From positions 150,001 through 182,000 of the forward strand of contig NZ_PQWO01000003.1 in assembly GCF_003231495.1 (NCBI RefSeq): a DNA stretch of 32,000 nt. Reading direction: 5' to 3'. This document shows positions 8,093-16,715 of this stretch, piece after piece; positions within the stretch are counted from its first letter, which is position 1; every line of letters begins with the position of its first letter. Under the pieces are notes generated by a model. The model did no database searches. It was not told where the DNA came from and saw nothing but the letters and a program-made list of their open reading frames with translations. The stretch comes from Acaryochloris thomasi RCC1774 (GTDB taxonomy: Bacteria; Cyanobacteriota; Cyanobacteriia; Thermosynechococcales; Thermosynechococcaceae). A program made the position numbers and the translations under genes.

Positions 8093-8380
8093 ATGCCGCT
8101 CTACGACTTTCGCTGTGAGACCTGTGGCGAGTTTGATGCATGGCAAACGCTAGCTGAGCTAGATCAGCCGATGCCCTGCCCAACCTGCCCAGCCACTACG
8201 AAGCGTCTCTTTTCAGCTTCAAATATTAGCTTAAGTTCCGGCAAGTTAAGGACGATGGACCGTCAAGTTGCTTCAGAACCTAGGGTTGTAAAACGCGATC
8301 GCAACCCCACCCCCCCGAGACACCAAGCGTCTAAAAACCCTAGACCTTGGATGGTTGGTCATTCAACCCAAAGACTCTAA
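8093..8380 (+). CDS. fmdB: FmdB-family zinc-ribbon putative regulatory protein
   Basis: The N-terminus MPLYDFRCETCGEFD...PCPTCPA gives CxxC...CxxC. An AAGGAG RBS lies upstream. The position downstream of fmdA matches the classical fmdA-fmdB pairing. Confidence 0.8.
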   Translation: MPLYDFRCETCGEFDAWQTLAELDQPMPCPTCPATTKRLFSASNISLSSGKLRTMDRQVASEPRVVKRDRNPTPPRHQASKNPRPWMVGHSTQRL

Positions 8381-8388
8381 CCCCACAT

Positions 8389-9519
8389 TCAACGTCGCAA
8401 ATCTTGAATAATGGCCTTGAGGGAACGCTCTTGGGCTTCGATGCTCTCAGTCAGCTTGAACTGAACCAGTGCCCGCGCCAGATTATGGTCTGGATATTGG
8501 GTCTTGAAGTAGCGATCGCCCATTAGATAGTCGGTAAAAAAGCGCAGCCCTAACTCAAAAGCAATCAGACGGATAGCATCAAACAGATAGTCGTAGTCTG
8601 TTGGCGTCAGAAAGCTGCGAGCCACGGACAGATAGCCCTGCAAAACGGCCTGACTCAGATCTAAATCAAAGCAAACACTTTCCCACTGATCAGTTTCTTC
8701 ACCCAATGGGTTACAGCTCGATCTAAGACAGTCGCCAATGTCGTAATGGACTAAGCCGGGTTTCACGGTATCCAAATCAATCAGGCTAACGGCTTGGCCA
8801 GTCACTGCATCAATCATGATGTTATTGATCTTGGGATCACCATGCATCAAACGCAGCGGCAGCAGACCTTTTGCCTTCGCTGTCTCTAGAGTGTGGGCCA
8901 GGGAGGTGCGATCGCAAATAAACGCCCGACAATAGTTCACCTCCGGCGACGAACCCATCGAGTTCTGCTCTAGAACCGACTCATACTGCTGCAGATAGCG
9001 AGGCGTAATGTGGAATCCCTCCAGCGTATCCGCCAACTGTTCAGACGGCAGGTCGCTGATCAGATGATGAAACATCCCTAAGCCATAGCCAACCTCACGA
9101 GCATGATCCAAACTTTGGATCGTATCGAAAGACTGAGCCGCATCAATAAAGCTAATGGCCCGCCAAACCGTCCCGTCAGACTCTAGCCAATGATCCTGCT
9201 GGGACTGCGTCAACAGCACCTGAGGAACATCCCATCGCCGCTCGGCACAGAGCACATCAGTTCGCTGCCTCTGGCGCACATGCTCCGTAAACGTTCGCAT
9301 ATTCCGCATCACCAGCTCTGGCTGACGGAAAACATGCGTATTAATGCGCTGCAGAACAAAGGGGGCCTCACCAGAATCCAGCGTCACCAAATAGGTATCG
9401 TTAACGTTGCCTTGACCAAACTCTTGAGCGGTCGCCACTCGTCCCTTCTGTGCAAATTGAGCCGCGATGGTGAGAATGCGATCCACAGCTGCTCCCTCTG
9501 TCTCAGTCACTGATGTCAT
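8389..9519 (-). CDS. APH/choline-kinase-fold phosphotransferase (N-acetylhexosamine-1-kinase-like)
   Basis: It has a Brenner-type motif LMHGDPKINNIMID followed by LIDLDTV, and a glycine-rich-loop equivalent EFGQGNVNDTY. The ORF extends to 9564, but ATG at 9519 (MTSVTETEG...) is the more plausible start. Confidence 0.8.
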   Translation of the reverse strand: MTSVTETEGAAVDRILTIAAQFAQKGRVATAQEFGQGNVNDTYLVTLDSGEAPFVLQRINTHVFRQPELVMRNMRTFTEHVRQRQRTDVLCAERRWDVPQVLLTQSQQDHWLESDGTVWRAISFIDAAQSFDTIQSLDHAREVGYGLGMFHHLISDLPSEQLADTLEGFHITPRYLQQYESVLEQNSMGSSPEVNYCRAFICDRTSLAHTLETAKAKGLLPLRLMHGDPKINNIMIDAVTGQAVSLIDLDTVKPGLVHYDIGDCLRSSCNPLGEETDQWESVCFDLDLSQAVLQGYLSVARSFLTPTDYDYLFDAIRLIAFELGLRFFTDYLMGDRYFKTQYPDHNLARALVQFKLTESIEAQERSLKAIIQDLRR

Positions 9520-9829
9520 GGTGTGGCGTACGGAAAATCTTGGCCTTCGCCCAGTATGGCGCACATCTTAGCACCAACCTGCAGTCTTCTCGCCGTCTTA
9601 AGGTTCGCCTCATGTTTGACTGGTACAGTCAAACCGTTGTGGCAATGATTCTGACTCAGCGCAAGGCCGCTAGCTCCACCAAGCGAATCACATAAGCTGC
9701 GTTCAGAGCGTGGTAGACGTACACTTCACGATCCGCTCAGGATGCTTGATGACGAGCACCACCACTGAGCTACACGACTAGCTTTTTTATCCCTTCTTGG
9801 AATATTCACTCACAACAAAAGGAGACCCC

Positions 9830-10477
9830 ATGAGTTTAACAACCGATCTTCAGACACAGAAAGAGCAATTCCTGGCCAACGTTCCTGATGAGACAGTTCA
9901 GGTAATGGGCAAAGCGACCCAGGCTCTAGCAGAGTCAGGCATCGTAGATCAAAGCCTGAAGGCAGGTCAGCAGGCTCCCCCTGTGCAGCTCCCTAACGCC
10001 ACTGGAAACACCATCGATCTGCAGGAACTCTTAAAGTCTGGCCCAGTGGTACTCAGCTTCTATCGCGGTCAGTGGTGTCCTTACTGCAACTTAGAGTTAC
10101 GCGCTCTGCAGCAGATCCTACCCGAGATTCAGACACTGGGCGCTAGCCTCGTCGCAGTTTCACCGCAAACACCGGATAGTTCACTCTCAACGGTCGAGAA
10201 GAATGAACTGACCTACGAAGTTCTGAGCGATGTCGGCAATCAGGTGGCTCGGGCCTATGGTCTGGTCTTTAAGCTACCCGAGCATCTGCGCCCAATTTAT
10301 AACAGCTTCGGGATTGACGTCCCCGCCCACAATGGAGACTCATCTTTTGAACTCCCGATTGCCGCCACCTATGTGATCGCAACAGACGGCACAATTGCCC
10401 ATGCCTTCATTGATGCCGACTACACACAGCGCTTAGATCCAGAGGCAATTTTGACAGCTCTCAAGACTCTTAGCTAA
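9830..10477 (+). CDS. Peroxiredoxin-like / AhpC-TSA thioredoxin-fold protein
   Basis: The motif FYRGQWCPYCNLELRAL is typical of PRX-like2 proteins. ATG 9830 is preceded by GGAG (9821-9824). The ORF-track start TTG 9797 is less likely. Confidence 0.85.
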   Translation: MSLTTDLQTQKEQFLANVPDETVQVMGKATQALAESGIVDQSLKAGQQAPPVQLPNATGNTIDLQELLKSGPVVLSFYRGQWCPYCNLELRALQQILPEIQTLGASLVAVSPQTPDSSLSTVEKNELTYEVLSDVGNQVARAYGLVFKLPEHLRPIYNSFGIDVPAHNGDSSFELPIAATYVIATDGTIAHAFIDADYTQRLDPEAILTALKTLS

Positions 10478-11168
10478 CGGAGCTGCAAGGCTCAAGCTTC
10501 CGAAAATATTTTGAATGGAAGCAGCGATATTCGTCATTTGAGAAGTCCCCTCTAGTCTCCTTTGGGAGAGACGTGTTCTTGTCTCGTTTTCCAGAGAGAT
10601 TGAGGGGGCTTTTGCAAGAAATCAGCATCAATTACAAAAAGAGGTGTTTCCTCTAGAGAAAAATACCGGTGAGCACAAAAAACGTCCGTCATTGATTCTG
10701 AGTTAGGTTTGCGCAGGCTTCTCCGTTGAAGGCAAGTGAGCAGCGTTAAAGAAACCAGAGTACTCACTAGAAGGGTCTACATCCAGGTATCCCGCATACT
10801 TCGTGCGGTCTAGGCGTTTGGGATTAGGCGTCGGGGCTTTCTTCTGTGGCTTAGAGCCTGGGCTTTCGTGAGTAATCTTGCGCATAGCTTAAAAACGTAT
10901 TTATACTTAGCCTCCATCCTTGGCAATACAGCCTAAAAACGGTGTGATTTAGATCACTTGCTAAGTCAACGGCTAAAGTTCAGAAGCGCCAAGACACAAA
11001 AGAAGGTAGCTCGATAATTGGCAGAGAAGCTGAAGCCACAGAAGCAAAAGGGCTATCTTACAGTGCTGTGACATCCATGCTTCAACGTCAGATATAGCGT
11101 TTTCAAAAATCCTTGCAACAGAGTCCCATCTGCTCCCGGATGGCGCTTGCCACCCGGAGAGGCAGACA

Positions 11169-13073
11169 TCAAAACACGAAGTTGTCGGCGCTGAGGTCAT
11201 TAACATCAAACGAATCCAGCGTGATTGTTGTCCCAGCTAGATCATCAATCACCGCATTGCCGCCCACTGACGTAATGTGATTATTGAACAGGTCCGTGGC
11301 GTCAGAGATACCGCTGATTCCCGCGAGATCGATCACCTCGGCAGACGCGAAGTCAAGGATGATATTGGCTCCGTTGTTGTCCTCAAAGATGAATGTGTCG
11401 TTGCCGCCGCCACCCGTGAGTTCATCATCGCCAGCGCCGCCAACAAGGATGTCATTACCAGCGCTGCCAAAGAGTGCATCTCTGCCCACACCGCCGATGA
11501 GGGTGTCACGACCCGCGCCGCCGATCAGGGTATCATTACCATTCCCGCCATTGAGCAGGTCATTGCCACCTTGACCCAGTAGCTCATCACTGTTGTCCTG
11601 GCCATTGAGGATGTCACTCCCCGCACCACCGATGAGGGTGTCATTACCAACTCCACCATTGAGGAGGTCATTGCCACCTTGGCCGAGAATCTCATCGCTG
11701 TTGCCCTGGCCGTTAAGGGTGTCACTGCCCGTGCCGCCTATGAGAGTGTCATTACCCGTTCCACCATTAAGGAGGTCATTGCCACCTTGGCCGAAGAGTT
11801 CATCGCTGTTGCCTTGGCCATTGAGAGTGTCGTTACCATTCCCGCCCTCTAGGAGGTCATTGCCGTTGCCGCCCTCTAGGAGGTCATTGCCGCTTTGACC
11901 GAAGAGTTCATCGCTGTTGCCTTGGCCATTGAGGGTGTCATTGCCTGCGCCGCCTTCGAGAGTGTCATTGCCGTTCTCGCCTGAGAGTTCGTTGTTATCC
12001 CCGTTGCCCACCAGGAGGTCATTGCCCGCATCACCTCGGATGTTGAGATCGTTGAATAATATAGATACGTTGGCATCGTCTTCGTTAACAATGGCTAGGT
12101 CCAAGTCGCCATCGCTATCCAAGTCCTCTGCAACGACTGCAAATGGGTTATCTCCCACCGCAAAGGTGGATGGAGTTTCAAAACCTCCATTTCCATCGCC
12201 TAACAGCACTGATACGTTATCGTTGTTGCGGTTAGCAGTGGCTAAGTCCAGATTGCCATCTCCATTTAAGTCGCCGACTGTGACTGAGAATGGACTATTC
12301 TCCACTGCGAAGGTCGATTGGGGCGCAAACCCTCCATTTCCATCGCCCAACAACACTGAGACTGTGTCATCGTCCTCGTTCGCTGTCACCAGATCTGCAT
12401 TACCATCCCCATTAAAGTCGCCGACGGCAACTGAGAATGGATTATCCCCCACTGCGAAGGTCGCTTGAGGTGCAAACCCTCCATTGCCATCGCCTAACAG
12501 CACTGAAACTGTGTCATCAAACTGGTTTGCCGTTACTAGATCTAAGTTTCCATCCCCATTAAAGTCCCTGATGGCGACGTCCTCTGGCTCATCTCCCACT
12601 GCGAAGGTCAATTGAGGTGCAAACCCACCATTTCCATCACCCAACAGCACTGAGACTGTGTCATCGTCCTCGTTCGCTGTTACGAGGTCAGCATTGCCGT
12701 CTCCATTAAAGTCCCCGATGGCAACTGAGTTTGCATTCAAACCTACTGCGAAGGTTGCTTGAGGCGCAAACCCACCATTCCCATCACCCAACAGCACCGA
12801 TACATTACTGTCGTCACGGTTGACCGTCACCAGATCAGCGTTTCCATCCCCATTAAAGTCTCCAATGTCTAGGTCCTGTGGCTCATCTCCTACTGCGAAG
12901 GTCGATTGAGGTGCAAACCCACCATTCCCATCACCTAACAGCACTGAGACCGTGTCATCGTTCTCGTTCGCTGTTACGAGATCTACATTTCCATCCCCAT
13001 CAAAGTCTTCGAAGGCAATTCCCTCTGGACTATTTCCCACATCGAAGTTAACTGCATCTTGAAATGTCGCCAT
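11169..13073 (-). CDS. Secreted FG-GAP (7-blade beta-propeller) plus RTX calcium-binding repeat protein, a probable type I secretion substrate
   Basis: Seven exact 49-aa periods of [35 protein letters not shown] start at ORF-track aa 31, 80, 129, 178, 227, 276 and 325. About 24 GGxGxDxL nonapeptides follow. There is no N-terminal signal peptide, and the non-repeat C-terminus ends DNFVF. ATG 13073 follows GAGGG, and the ORF-track start 13097 is less likely. Confidence 0.9.
   Translation of the reverse strand: MATFQDAVNFDVGNSPEGIAFEDFDGDGNVDLVTANENDDTVSVLLGDGNGGFAPQSTFAVGDEPQDLDIGDFNGDGNADLVTVNRDDSNVSVLLGDGNGGFAPQATFAVGLNANSVAIGDFNGDGNADLVTANEDDDTVSVLLGDGNGGFAPQLTFAVGDEPEDVAIRDFNGDGNLDLVTANQFDDTVSVLLGDGNGGFAPQATFAVGDNPFSVAVGDFNGDGNADLVTANEDDDTVSVLLGDGNGGFAPQSTFAVENSPFSVTVGDLNGDGNLDLATANRNNDNVSVLLGDGNGGFETPSTFAVGDNPFAVVAEDLDSDGDLDLAIVNEDDANVSILFNDLNIRGDAGNDLLVGNGDNNELSGENGNDTLEGGAGNDTLNGQGNSDELFGQSGNDLLEGGNGNDLLEGGNGNDTLNGQGNSDELFGQGGNDLLNGGTGNDTLIGGTGSDTLNGQGNSDEILGQGGNDLLNGGVGNDTLIGGAGSDILNGQDNSDELLGQGGNDLLNGGNGNDTLIGGAGRDTLIGGVGRDALFGSAGNDILVGGAGDDELTGGGGNDTFIFEDNNGANIILDFASAEVIDLAGISGISDATDLFNNHITSVGGNAVIDDLAGTTITLDSFDVNDLSADNFVF
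11505..11936 (-). repeat. In-frame 108-bp (36-aa, four RTX nonapeptides) tandem repeat, three clean copies plus one divergent copy
   Basis: The unit [36 protein letters not shown] is repeated at aa 424-459, 460-495 and 496-531, with a variant at 388-423. The corresponding DNA motif aggtcattgccaccttg recurs about every 108 bp. Confidence 0.85.
12048..13013 (-). repeat. In-frame 147-bp (49-aa) FG-GAP repeat array, 7 copies
   Basis: The period is exactly 49 aa. Blades 3 and 5 share 34 identical residues. Their DNA (12612-12713 versus 12318-12419) shares an identical 33-nt run but differs at about a dozen mostly synonymous sites. Confidence 0.9.
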
Positions 13074-13271
13074 GATTATTTCCCTCTCTAGAATCAATTT
13101 GTGAGTAATTCAAACCCCATCTGCATTGCTTTTGGGGGTTATAAGTGGCTGCTTGCATTGCCGCTCGGGTCGAAAACTTGACTCCGGATAAAAAATCCAG
13201 GTTCGTCAATTTCAACTGCCCTCGACTAATTTGATTAGACTCTGCAGATGGCTATCTTCAGGGCTGAGAAA

Positions 13272-13302
13272 GGCTAACTTATGGCTAACTTGTGGCTAAG
13301 TT
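13272..13302. promoter_or_regulatory. Three direct repeats GGCTAA(C/G)TT at 11-bp spacing, upstream of the RTX gene
   Basis: ggctaactt at 13272-13280, ggctaactt at 13283-13291 and ggctaagtt at 13294-13302. The one-helical-turn phasing in a non-coding region about 200 bp upstream of the minus-strand start at 13073 suggests a protein-binding site. Confidence 0.4.
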
Positions 13303-13542
13303 AAAGATGCAATTGTGAACGAGGTTCAATCCTGGGTGATCAATCATGGACGATTTAGGAAAATATTCGCAGCCGAAATCGAACCCTCTGTATCAATGGT
13401 TTTGTTACAAGGAGTGGAGCTGGAGATATTTTTTTGAGAGCCTTGCCAGCTTTAGATTACAGTTATGTCTATGGATCGCCCCTTCAGATATCGCCAATAT
13501 CCATAGCGCCGTTGCGCGAAAGACCTAATGCTCTAGCTGATA

Positions 13543-14331
13543 TTAGTTAGGCTCTGAAAGTTGCAAGTCCTTTAATTTCTCACCAGTCCGCAATATCTGC
13601 CCAGCTAGCATCGCAGCCCCAAAGCCGTTATCAATATTGACAACCCCCATACCTGTCGCGCAGGAGTTAAGCATCGTCAGCAGCGGCGCAAGGCCGTTAA
13701 AACTAGCACCGTAGCCAACACTAGTGGGAACCGCGATCACAGGTACGTCGGCAAGACCCGTGACGACGCTGCCGAGTGCGCCCTCCATACCGGCCACCAC
13801 AATTAAAACCTGAGATTGAGCAATGATGTCTCGATTGTTGAGTAGCCGATGGATTCCTGCCACCCCCACATCCCAAAGGCGCTGTACTTTGAAACCGCAG
13901 AGATTGGCCGTAACAGCCGCTTCTTCAGCAACGGGTAAGTCAGCGGTGCCCGCCGTGATAATACCAATCTGACCGGGATAGCGAGGCACAGAAGGCAGAG
14001 TCGTGGTCGCACAGATCTGGGCCTGTTCGTAATAGTGCAGCTCTAAGTGCTGCTGGAGCTGTGCATAGACCTCTGGAGCAATGCGGGTCGCCATCACGCA
14101 GGGATAGGCACTCATCGCCTGAAAGATCTTGATAATTTGCTCTGGGGTTTTGTCCAGCCCCCAGATCACCTCCGGGAAACCAGTGCGTAAGGCTCGATGG
14201 TGATCGACACGAGCAAAGTCTTCGACAGGCTCGTAGGCAAAATATTTAAGTTTTTCTAGGGCTGCATCGGGACTCAGGTCACCGGCTGCAACATTACGCA
14301 GCATCTGGCGGAGGGCATCAGGATTTGTCAC
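13543..14331 (-). CDS. larB: LarB-type nickel-pincer cofactor biosynthesis protein (PurE-like carboxylase/hydrolase)
   Basis: 262-aa ORF. The N-terminal segment GDLSPDAALEKLK...ARVDHHRALRTGFPEVIWG and the C-terminal PurE-fold segment GIITAGTADLPVAEEA...VIVVAGMEGALGSVV match the LarB architecture. Confidence 0.85.
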   Translation of the reverse strand: MTNPDALRQMLRNVAAGDLSPDAALEKLKYFAYEPVEDFARVDHHRALRTGFPEVIWGLDKTPEQIIKIFQAMSAYPCVMATRIAPEVYAQLQQHLELHYYEQAQICATTTLPSVPRYPGQIGIITAGTADLPVAEEAAVTANLCGFKVQRLWDVGVAGIHRLLNNRDIIAQSQVLIVVAGMEGALGSVVTGLADVPVIAVPTSVGYGASFNGLAPLLTMLNSCATGMGVVNIDNGFGAAMLAGQILRTGEKLKDLQLSEPN

Positions 14332-14498
14332 AGGAAGAGATTAAATCTACGTCTTAATTCTAGAAGCTGCGTGGGGACTCGGCAGATCATTCTCCCTAGC
14401 TAGAATCAGCCGTGATCGGATGGGCATTGTCAGGGTTCAACAAAGTTGATTACTCTAAAGGTGGTGAGGACGTTTTGTTCACAGGAAAGGAAACCAGC

Positions 14499-14879
14499 AT
14501 GGACGAGAATAACGTAACGGATGTCTTGAAGAAAGGCTTTCAGGTGACGCTGGGAGCAGCAACGTCATTGGCCGAGTCACTTCAGGATGAACGGAAGCGA
14601 GAGGAGAATCTCTCTCAGCTCAATCTTGGTTTTGACAAAGTAACTGAGATTTGGGCTGAGAAGGGGGCCGTCACCGAAGTTGAAGGCCGAAAGATGATTG
14701 ACACAATGGTGGAGCAGTACGGCCCCAACGCCAACAGTTACTCAACGCCAGGGACAACGCCAACCTCGACGTCACCGGGTGTCGATCCAGGGCTGCATCA
14801 AGAGCTGCGCGACTTGACAACGCAGCTAGCTGCGATCAGAACAGAGCTGACGCAAACCAGCCCAGATAAAGATTCTTAA
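14499..14879 (+). CDS. Small hypothetical protein, phasin-like (COG3937-like pattern), with a low-complexity T/P/S tail
   Basis: ATG 14499 follows AGGAAAGG. The pattern LKKGFQVTLGAATSLAESL...KGAVTEVEGRKMID resembles the PHA-regulator/phasin family. The ORF-track start 14412 is less likely. The functional call is weak. Confidence 0.5.
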   Translation: MDENNVTDVLKKGFQVTLGAATSLAESLQDERKREENLSQLNLGFDKVTEIWAEKGAVTEVEGRKMIDTMVEQYGPNANSYSTPGTTPTSTSPGVDPGLHQELRDLTTQLAAIRTELTQTSPDKDS

Positions 14880-14932
14880 AAACTTTGGCGTCTCAGTTTA
14901 CCTAAGGTAAACGTCTGATGAGCAACGCTTAA

Positions 14933-14968
14933 AAGTCCCGATCATAAAATAGTGATCGGGACTTTTTT
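14933..14968 (+). terminator. Rho-independent terminator
   Basis: A perfect 12-bp stem, aagtcccgatca (14933-14944) with tgatcgggactt (14953-14964), has an 8-nt loop and a T6 run at 14963-14968. It lies 54 nt after the stop at 14879. Confidence 0.8.
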
Positions 14969-15027
14969 CGTGCCAAAGATCGTAGAACGATAAAATACTG
15001 ACACTTCGGCAAATGAGCGCAGGGTAG

Positions 15028-16305
15028 ATGTTTGCAACTCGATCTGTAACCCTTCCATTACTCTGTCTGGGGCTGTACGGCTTGGGCTGCAGCAAAACAG
15101 CTCCCATACCTGAGCCTGATCCAAAAGAGGTTTCCAGTCCGACGGTACAGAACGCTCAGCCGTTAAATCTGACTTTGCAGCAACCCAAATCTGTTGAAAA
15201 TTCTACAATTGACCAATATCTTGGTCAGCTTGCAGCGCCCAGGGCAGCCCAAGGGGTCTGGATTCAATCATCAACGCAACTACTGGCAAATCATCAAGGT
15301 ACTGTACCTTTGCCTGCGGCTTCGATTACGAAGGTAGCCACGTCGTTGGCCGCTCTAAAAAAGCTGGGGCCTCGTCATCGCTTCAACACTGTGATTGGGA
15401 CAACGGGACCAATTAAGGATGGGGTGCTACAGGGCGATTTGGTCATTCAGGGCGGGGCAGATCCCCTCTTTGTTTGGGAAGATGCGATCGCAACGGCCAA
15501 TCTCCTCTCTCAAAAAGGAATCCAGCGAGTGTCCGGCAACCTGATCATCCAGGGGCCATTCTACATGAACTTCAAAACCGACCCTCAGCAAACAGGAGAA
15601 TTACTGAAGCAGAGCTTCAACGCCCAACAATGGCCACCAGAAGCCGCGACGCAGTACCAGACGCTGAAAGACATCCCGAAACCACAGCTAGAAATTCAGG
15701 GCAATGTACAGGTCGCCGAAGCAGTCACCCCACCCACGATCATTCATGAGCATCCATCGTTGCCGCTGGCTGAACTCCTGAAGCGCATGAACCGCTACAG
15801 CAATAATGCAATGGCAGAGATGCTAGCACAGGAAGTCGGAGGGGCTCAGGTTGTGGCTCAAACAGCAGCACAAGCAGCTGGGGTTCCTCAGAGCGAAATT
15901 CAACTGATTAACGGATCTGGGTTAGGGGTTGAGAACAGGATGTCTCCTCGGGCGGCCTGTGGGGTTATGTTTGCGATCGCAAATCTTCTCCACCCCCAAC
16001 AAATGAACCCTGCCGACATCTTAGCCATCCCCGGCAAAGACATCGGCATCCTGGACAGTCGCCCACTACCTCAACAGGCGATCCTTAAATCAGGCACACT
16101 TAACAGAGTGAGCGCCTTAGCCGGAGCTATTCCAACCCAAAAACAGGACGCTGTCTGGTTCGTACTCCTGAACGGAGAGGGAAATATTGCGCTCTTCCGC
16201 TCACAACAAGAGGCCCTATTACAAACCCTAATAGCTGAGTGGGAAGCCGCAGCAGAGATCCCTCCCAGCCTAAAACCCACCCCCCTATCACACCAGGGAA
16301 GATAG
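15028..16305 (+). CDS. dacB: D-alanyl-D-alanine carboxypeptidase/endopeptidase (PBP4, peptidase S13), probable lipoprotein
   Basis: The SxxK (ASITK), SxN (YSNN) and KTG-like (KSGT) motifs are present in the correct order. The N-terminus LLCLGLYGLGC is a lipobox-like signal. Confidence 0.9.
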   Translation: MFATRSVTLPLLCLGLYGLGCSKTAPIPEPDPKEVSSPTVQNAQPLNLTLQQPKSVENSTIDQYLGQLAAPRAAQGVWIQSSTQLLANHQGTVPLPAASITKVATSLAALKKLGPRHRFNTVIGTTGPIKDGVLQGDLVIQGGADPLFVWEDAIATANLLSQKGIQRVSGNLIIQGPFYMNFKTDPQQTGELLKQSFNAQQWPPEAATQYQTLKDIPKPQLEIQGNVQVAEAVTPPTIIHEHPSLPLAELLKRMNRYSNNAMAEMLAQEVGGAQVVAQTAAQAAGVPQSEIQLINGSGLGVENRMSPRAACGVMFAIANLLHPQQMNPADILAIPGKDIGILDSRPLPQQAILKSGTLNRVSALAGAIPTQKQDAVWFVLLNGEGNIALFRSQQEALLQTLIAEWEAAAEIPPSLKPTPLSHQGR

Positions 16306-16715
16306 CATGTACAGAATAGCTAGAGCCATACAGCAACTGAAGTCTACGCCCGAGAAAGCGATCCTAACTCAGCCGGGCCCTTCGATGAATCGGGAGGTTA
16401 TTCAAGGGCAGTAAGAGAACGCAGATCAACTTCCACAAAACAGACAGACAAGCCTCTAGTGGCCATCTCATGCGCTAATAATGCCCGTCCAATCACAACT
16501 ATATTTTCCAAATTCACAGGTCGAGAACAAGCAAACAACTATTATTTTGAGTCTAGATCTTTACCCAGAATTGCAATATTTGGCCTACAGGCAAACCATG
16601 CCCTGAAACTGGCATTGACGAGAACCAATACGAATGGTTAATTTCAGCAATCAACCTATTCCCAACAAGACAACTTAATGGCTATCAGCGAACGAGCTGA
16701 AACCGCTAGCAAGCT

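Noticed and set aside
9706-9779. A tRNA-like segment on the minus strand. It contains GTAGCTCAGTGGT (the D-arm consensus, plus-strand 9761-9773) and a 4-bp potential acceptor pairing about 74 nt apart.
   Set aside because: No anticodon stem can be formed. There is no GTTCGAATC-type T-arm, the D-stem has a mismatch and only 4 of 7 acceptor pairs form. At most it is a decayed tRNA remnant, not a gene. A tRNAscan-SE or Infernal run would settle it.
10552-10885. Two overlapping small minus-strand ORFs (71 aa and 60 aa), considered as a possible frameshifted gene or a small protein (MRKITHESPGSKPQKKAPTPNPKRLDRTKYAGYLDVDP...).
   Set aside because: Neither has a convincing RBS or any motif I recognise, and the 71-aa translation looks random. 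The 60-aa ORF might be real, but I cannot support it from sequence alone.
11277-12468. Plus-strand ORFs of 96-183 aa rich in P, S, L and R (11277-11582, 11284-11574, 11593-11898, 11917-12468) and minus-strand off-frame ORFs (11525-11725, 11876-12091).
   Set aside because: These are shadow frames of the highly repetitive GGxGxD/FG-GAP coding sequence. Their low-complexity periodic translation mirrors the real frame, and they lie entirely inside a well-supported gene.
11388-13013. Regular short repeats that could be mistaken for a CRISPR-like array.
   Set aside because: The repeats are contiguous with no unique spacers. Their periods (27, 108 and 147 bp) are multiples of 3 and they translate into RTX and FG-GAP protein repeats.
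13321-13385. Two T-loop-like strings: GGTTCAATCC on the plus strand (about 13323-13332) and GGTTCGATT on the minus strand (about 13367-13375).
   Set aside because: The flanking bases do not form T-stems, and no cloverleaf can be drawn around either string.
13346-13528. A 60-aa plus-strand ORF between the RTX gene and larB.
   Set aside because: It has a W/F/C-rich, implausible sequence with no RBS. It sits in the promoter or terminator space of the flanking minus-strand genes.
14412-14498. The N-terminal extension (GTG 14412) of the phasin-like ORF, and similar upstream extensions at 6801, 9564, 9797, 13097 and 24878.
   Set aside because: In each case an internal ATG with a better Shine-Dalgarno-like sequence, or a family-typical N-terminus, is available. 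The extensions use GTG or TTG codons and add residues that do not look conserved.
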